Positions 31,377 through 32,000 of a stretch of DNA of 32,000 bases are shown in pieces. This DNA is from Candidatus Calditenuis fumarioli (GTDB lineage Archaea; Thermoproteota; Nitrososphaeria_A; Caldarchaeales; Calditenuaceae). Under the pieces are notes generated by a model, which saw only the letters and a list, made by a program, of their open reading frames with translations, did not search any database and was not told where the DNA came from. The stretch spans positions 209,184-241,183 of the forward strand of contig JANVYR010000001.1 in the NCBI GenBank assembly GCA_030059665.1, read 5' to 3'. Positions within the stretch are counted from its first letter, which is position 1. Each line of letters starts with the position of its first letter. The position numbers and the translations under genes are program-made.

Positions 31377-32000
31377 ATGCTCCTCTTGGGGCGCCTCAGC
31401 TTGCCTCGATTCAGCGTCTCGAGGCCCTCATCCCTCAGGGAGGCTGTCGAGAGGCTCTCTTCGGGAGAGGGGGTCTACCCAATAGCGGGCGGGACCGCGC
31501 TCATACCCCTGATCAAGAAAGGACTCCTCGAGGTGCGGGAGCTCGTCGACCTCTCGTCCGTTAGGGAGCTCGGTGCCATCCGGCGCGAGGACGGCAGAGT
31601 CTTCGTGGGTGGCATGGTGACGCACTCGGAGCTGGTCGATGCCGCACCGTGGGGAATGCGGAACGTCCTCCGAGATTTCCTGAGGAACCACACCTCACCG
31701 CACGTGATGAACCTCGCCACCGTGGGCGGATCCGTAGCCTCTTCCACCTCGTCGGAGGACCTGCTCCCCGTCCTTCTGGCGGCAGACGCGGAGGTCGTCC
31801 TCGCCGGACGCGATGGAGACCACTCCGTCAGCCTCGAGGATTACCTCGCACGCCGCGACTCGTTCAGAGCGGAGATGGTCGAGGGCGTAAGGGTCAGGTA
31901 CGTCTGGGATGGTTGGAGGTTCTCCTTCAGCAAGCTCTCGGTCTCCGTGCGGAGGATGCCTGCCTTCTGCGTCGTGGTGGGTGCGCGCGTCTCCGATCAA
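31377..32000 (+). CDS. FAD-binding medium subunit of a molybdenum hydroxylase (CoxM/CutB/XdhB-like), 5' partial (not in ORF track)
   Basis: Hand translation is open for 208 codons to the window edge: MLLLGRLSLPRFSVSRPSSLREAVERLSSGEGVYPIAGGTALIPLIKKGLLEVRELVDLSSVRELGAIRREDGRVFVGGMVTHSEL.. This is the FAD_binding_5-type AGGT motif context. The minus-strand and other-frame ORFs listed here are shadows. Confidence 0.8.
   Translation, partial: MLLLGRLSLPRFSVSRPSSLREAVERLSSGEGVYPIAGGTALIPLIKKGLLEVRELVDLSSVRELGAIRREDGRVFVGGMVTHSELVDAAPWGMRNVLRDFLRNHTSPHVMNLATVGGSVASSTSSEDLLPVLLAADAEVVLAGRDGDHSVSLEDYLARRDSFRAEMVEGVRVRYVWDGWRFSFSKLSVSVRRMPAFCVVVGARVSDQ

Noticed and set aside
31367-32000. Track ORFs 31367-31564 (+), 31428-31691 (-), 31475-31747 (-) and 31695-32000 (-)
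   Set aside because: All overlap a continuous 208-codon plus-strand frame with a clear CoxM/FAD-binding signature that runs off the window. Their own translations are Arg/Pro/Gly-rich junk.

Overview
GC-rich archaeal chromosomal segment. The gene content looks Thermoproteota/Crenarchaeota-like: an L7Ae-S28e-L24e ribosomal cluster, a SoxM-type fused oxidase, a compact CtaA, and TATA boxes about 25-35 nt upstream of start codons. Lineage was not verified by any search. Most of the window is tightly packed housekeeping coding on both strands:
- ribosomal proteins L7Ae/S28e/L24e, ndk, GluRS and a YchF/DRG-type GTPase
- a heme-copper oxidase operon (subunit II plus a fused subunit I+III)
- carA/carB
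- a KaiC-like ATPase flanked by two coiled-coil genes
- an SDR, pyruvate phosphate dikinase and a lone 2-oxoacid:ferredoxin oxidoreductase beta subunit
- heme A synthase overlapping an FNO-like reductase gene
- PGM/PMM and a copper module (YHS mini-protein plus Fe-S/HMA CopZ)
- a cysteine module (class V aminotransferase, ParB/Srx-fold SerK-like protein, cysteine synthase)
- the 5' part of a CoxM-type FAD subunit.

Many long ORFs in the supplied track are antisense or out-of-frame shadows typical of GC-rich DNA and are not called. Three genes absent from the track were found by hand translation: a 48-aa YHS/TRASH protein (27788-27934), a 44-aa zinc-ribbon ORF (4199-4333) and the CoxM-like ORF that runs off the window end (31377-32000).

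The one clearly accessory stretch is an AT-shifted patch at about 22.64-24.47 kb. It holds a 278-bp MITE-like element with 19-bp terminal inverted repeats, a roughly 100-nt G:C-dense segment that could fold into a structured RNA, and a 340-codon ORF. That ORF's motif layout matches IS110-family DEDD (bridge-RNA-guided) recombinases, but with Glu at the usual catalytic Ser position. A 240-nt hairpin-rich noncoding leader sits upstream of it. This is my best candidate for an undescribed system: a divergent archaeal IS110-like, possibly RNA-guided, recombinase module. All homology statements come from motif recognition by eye, not from searches.
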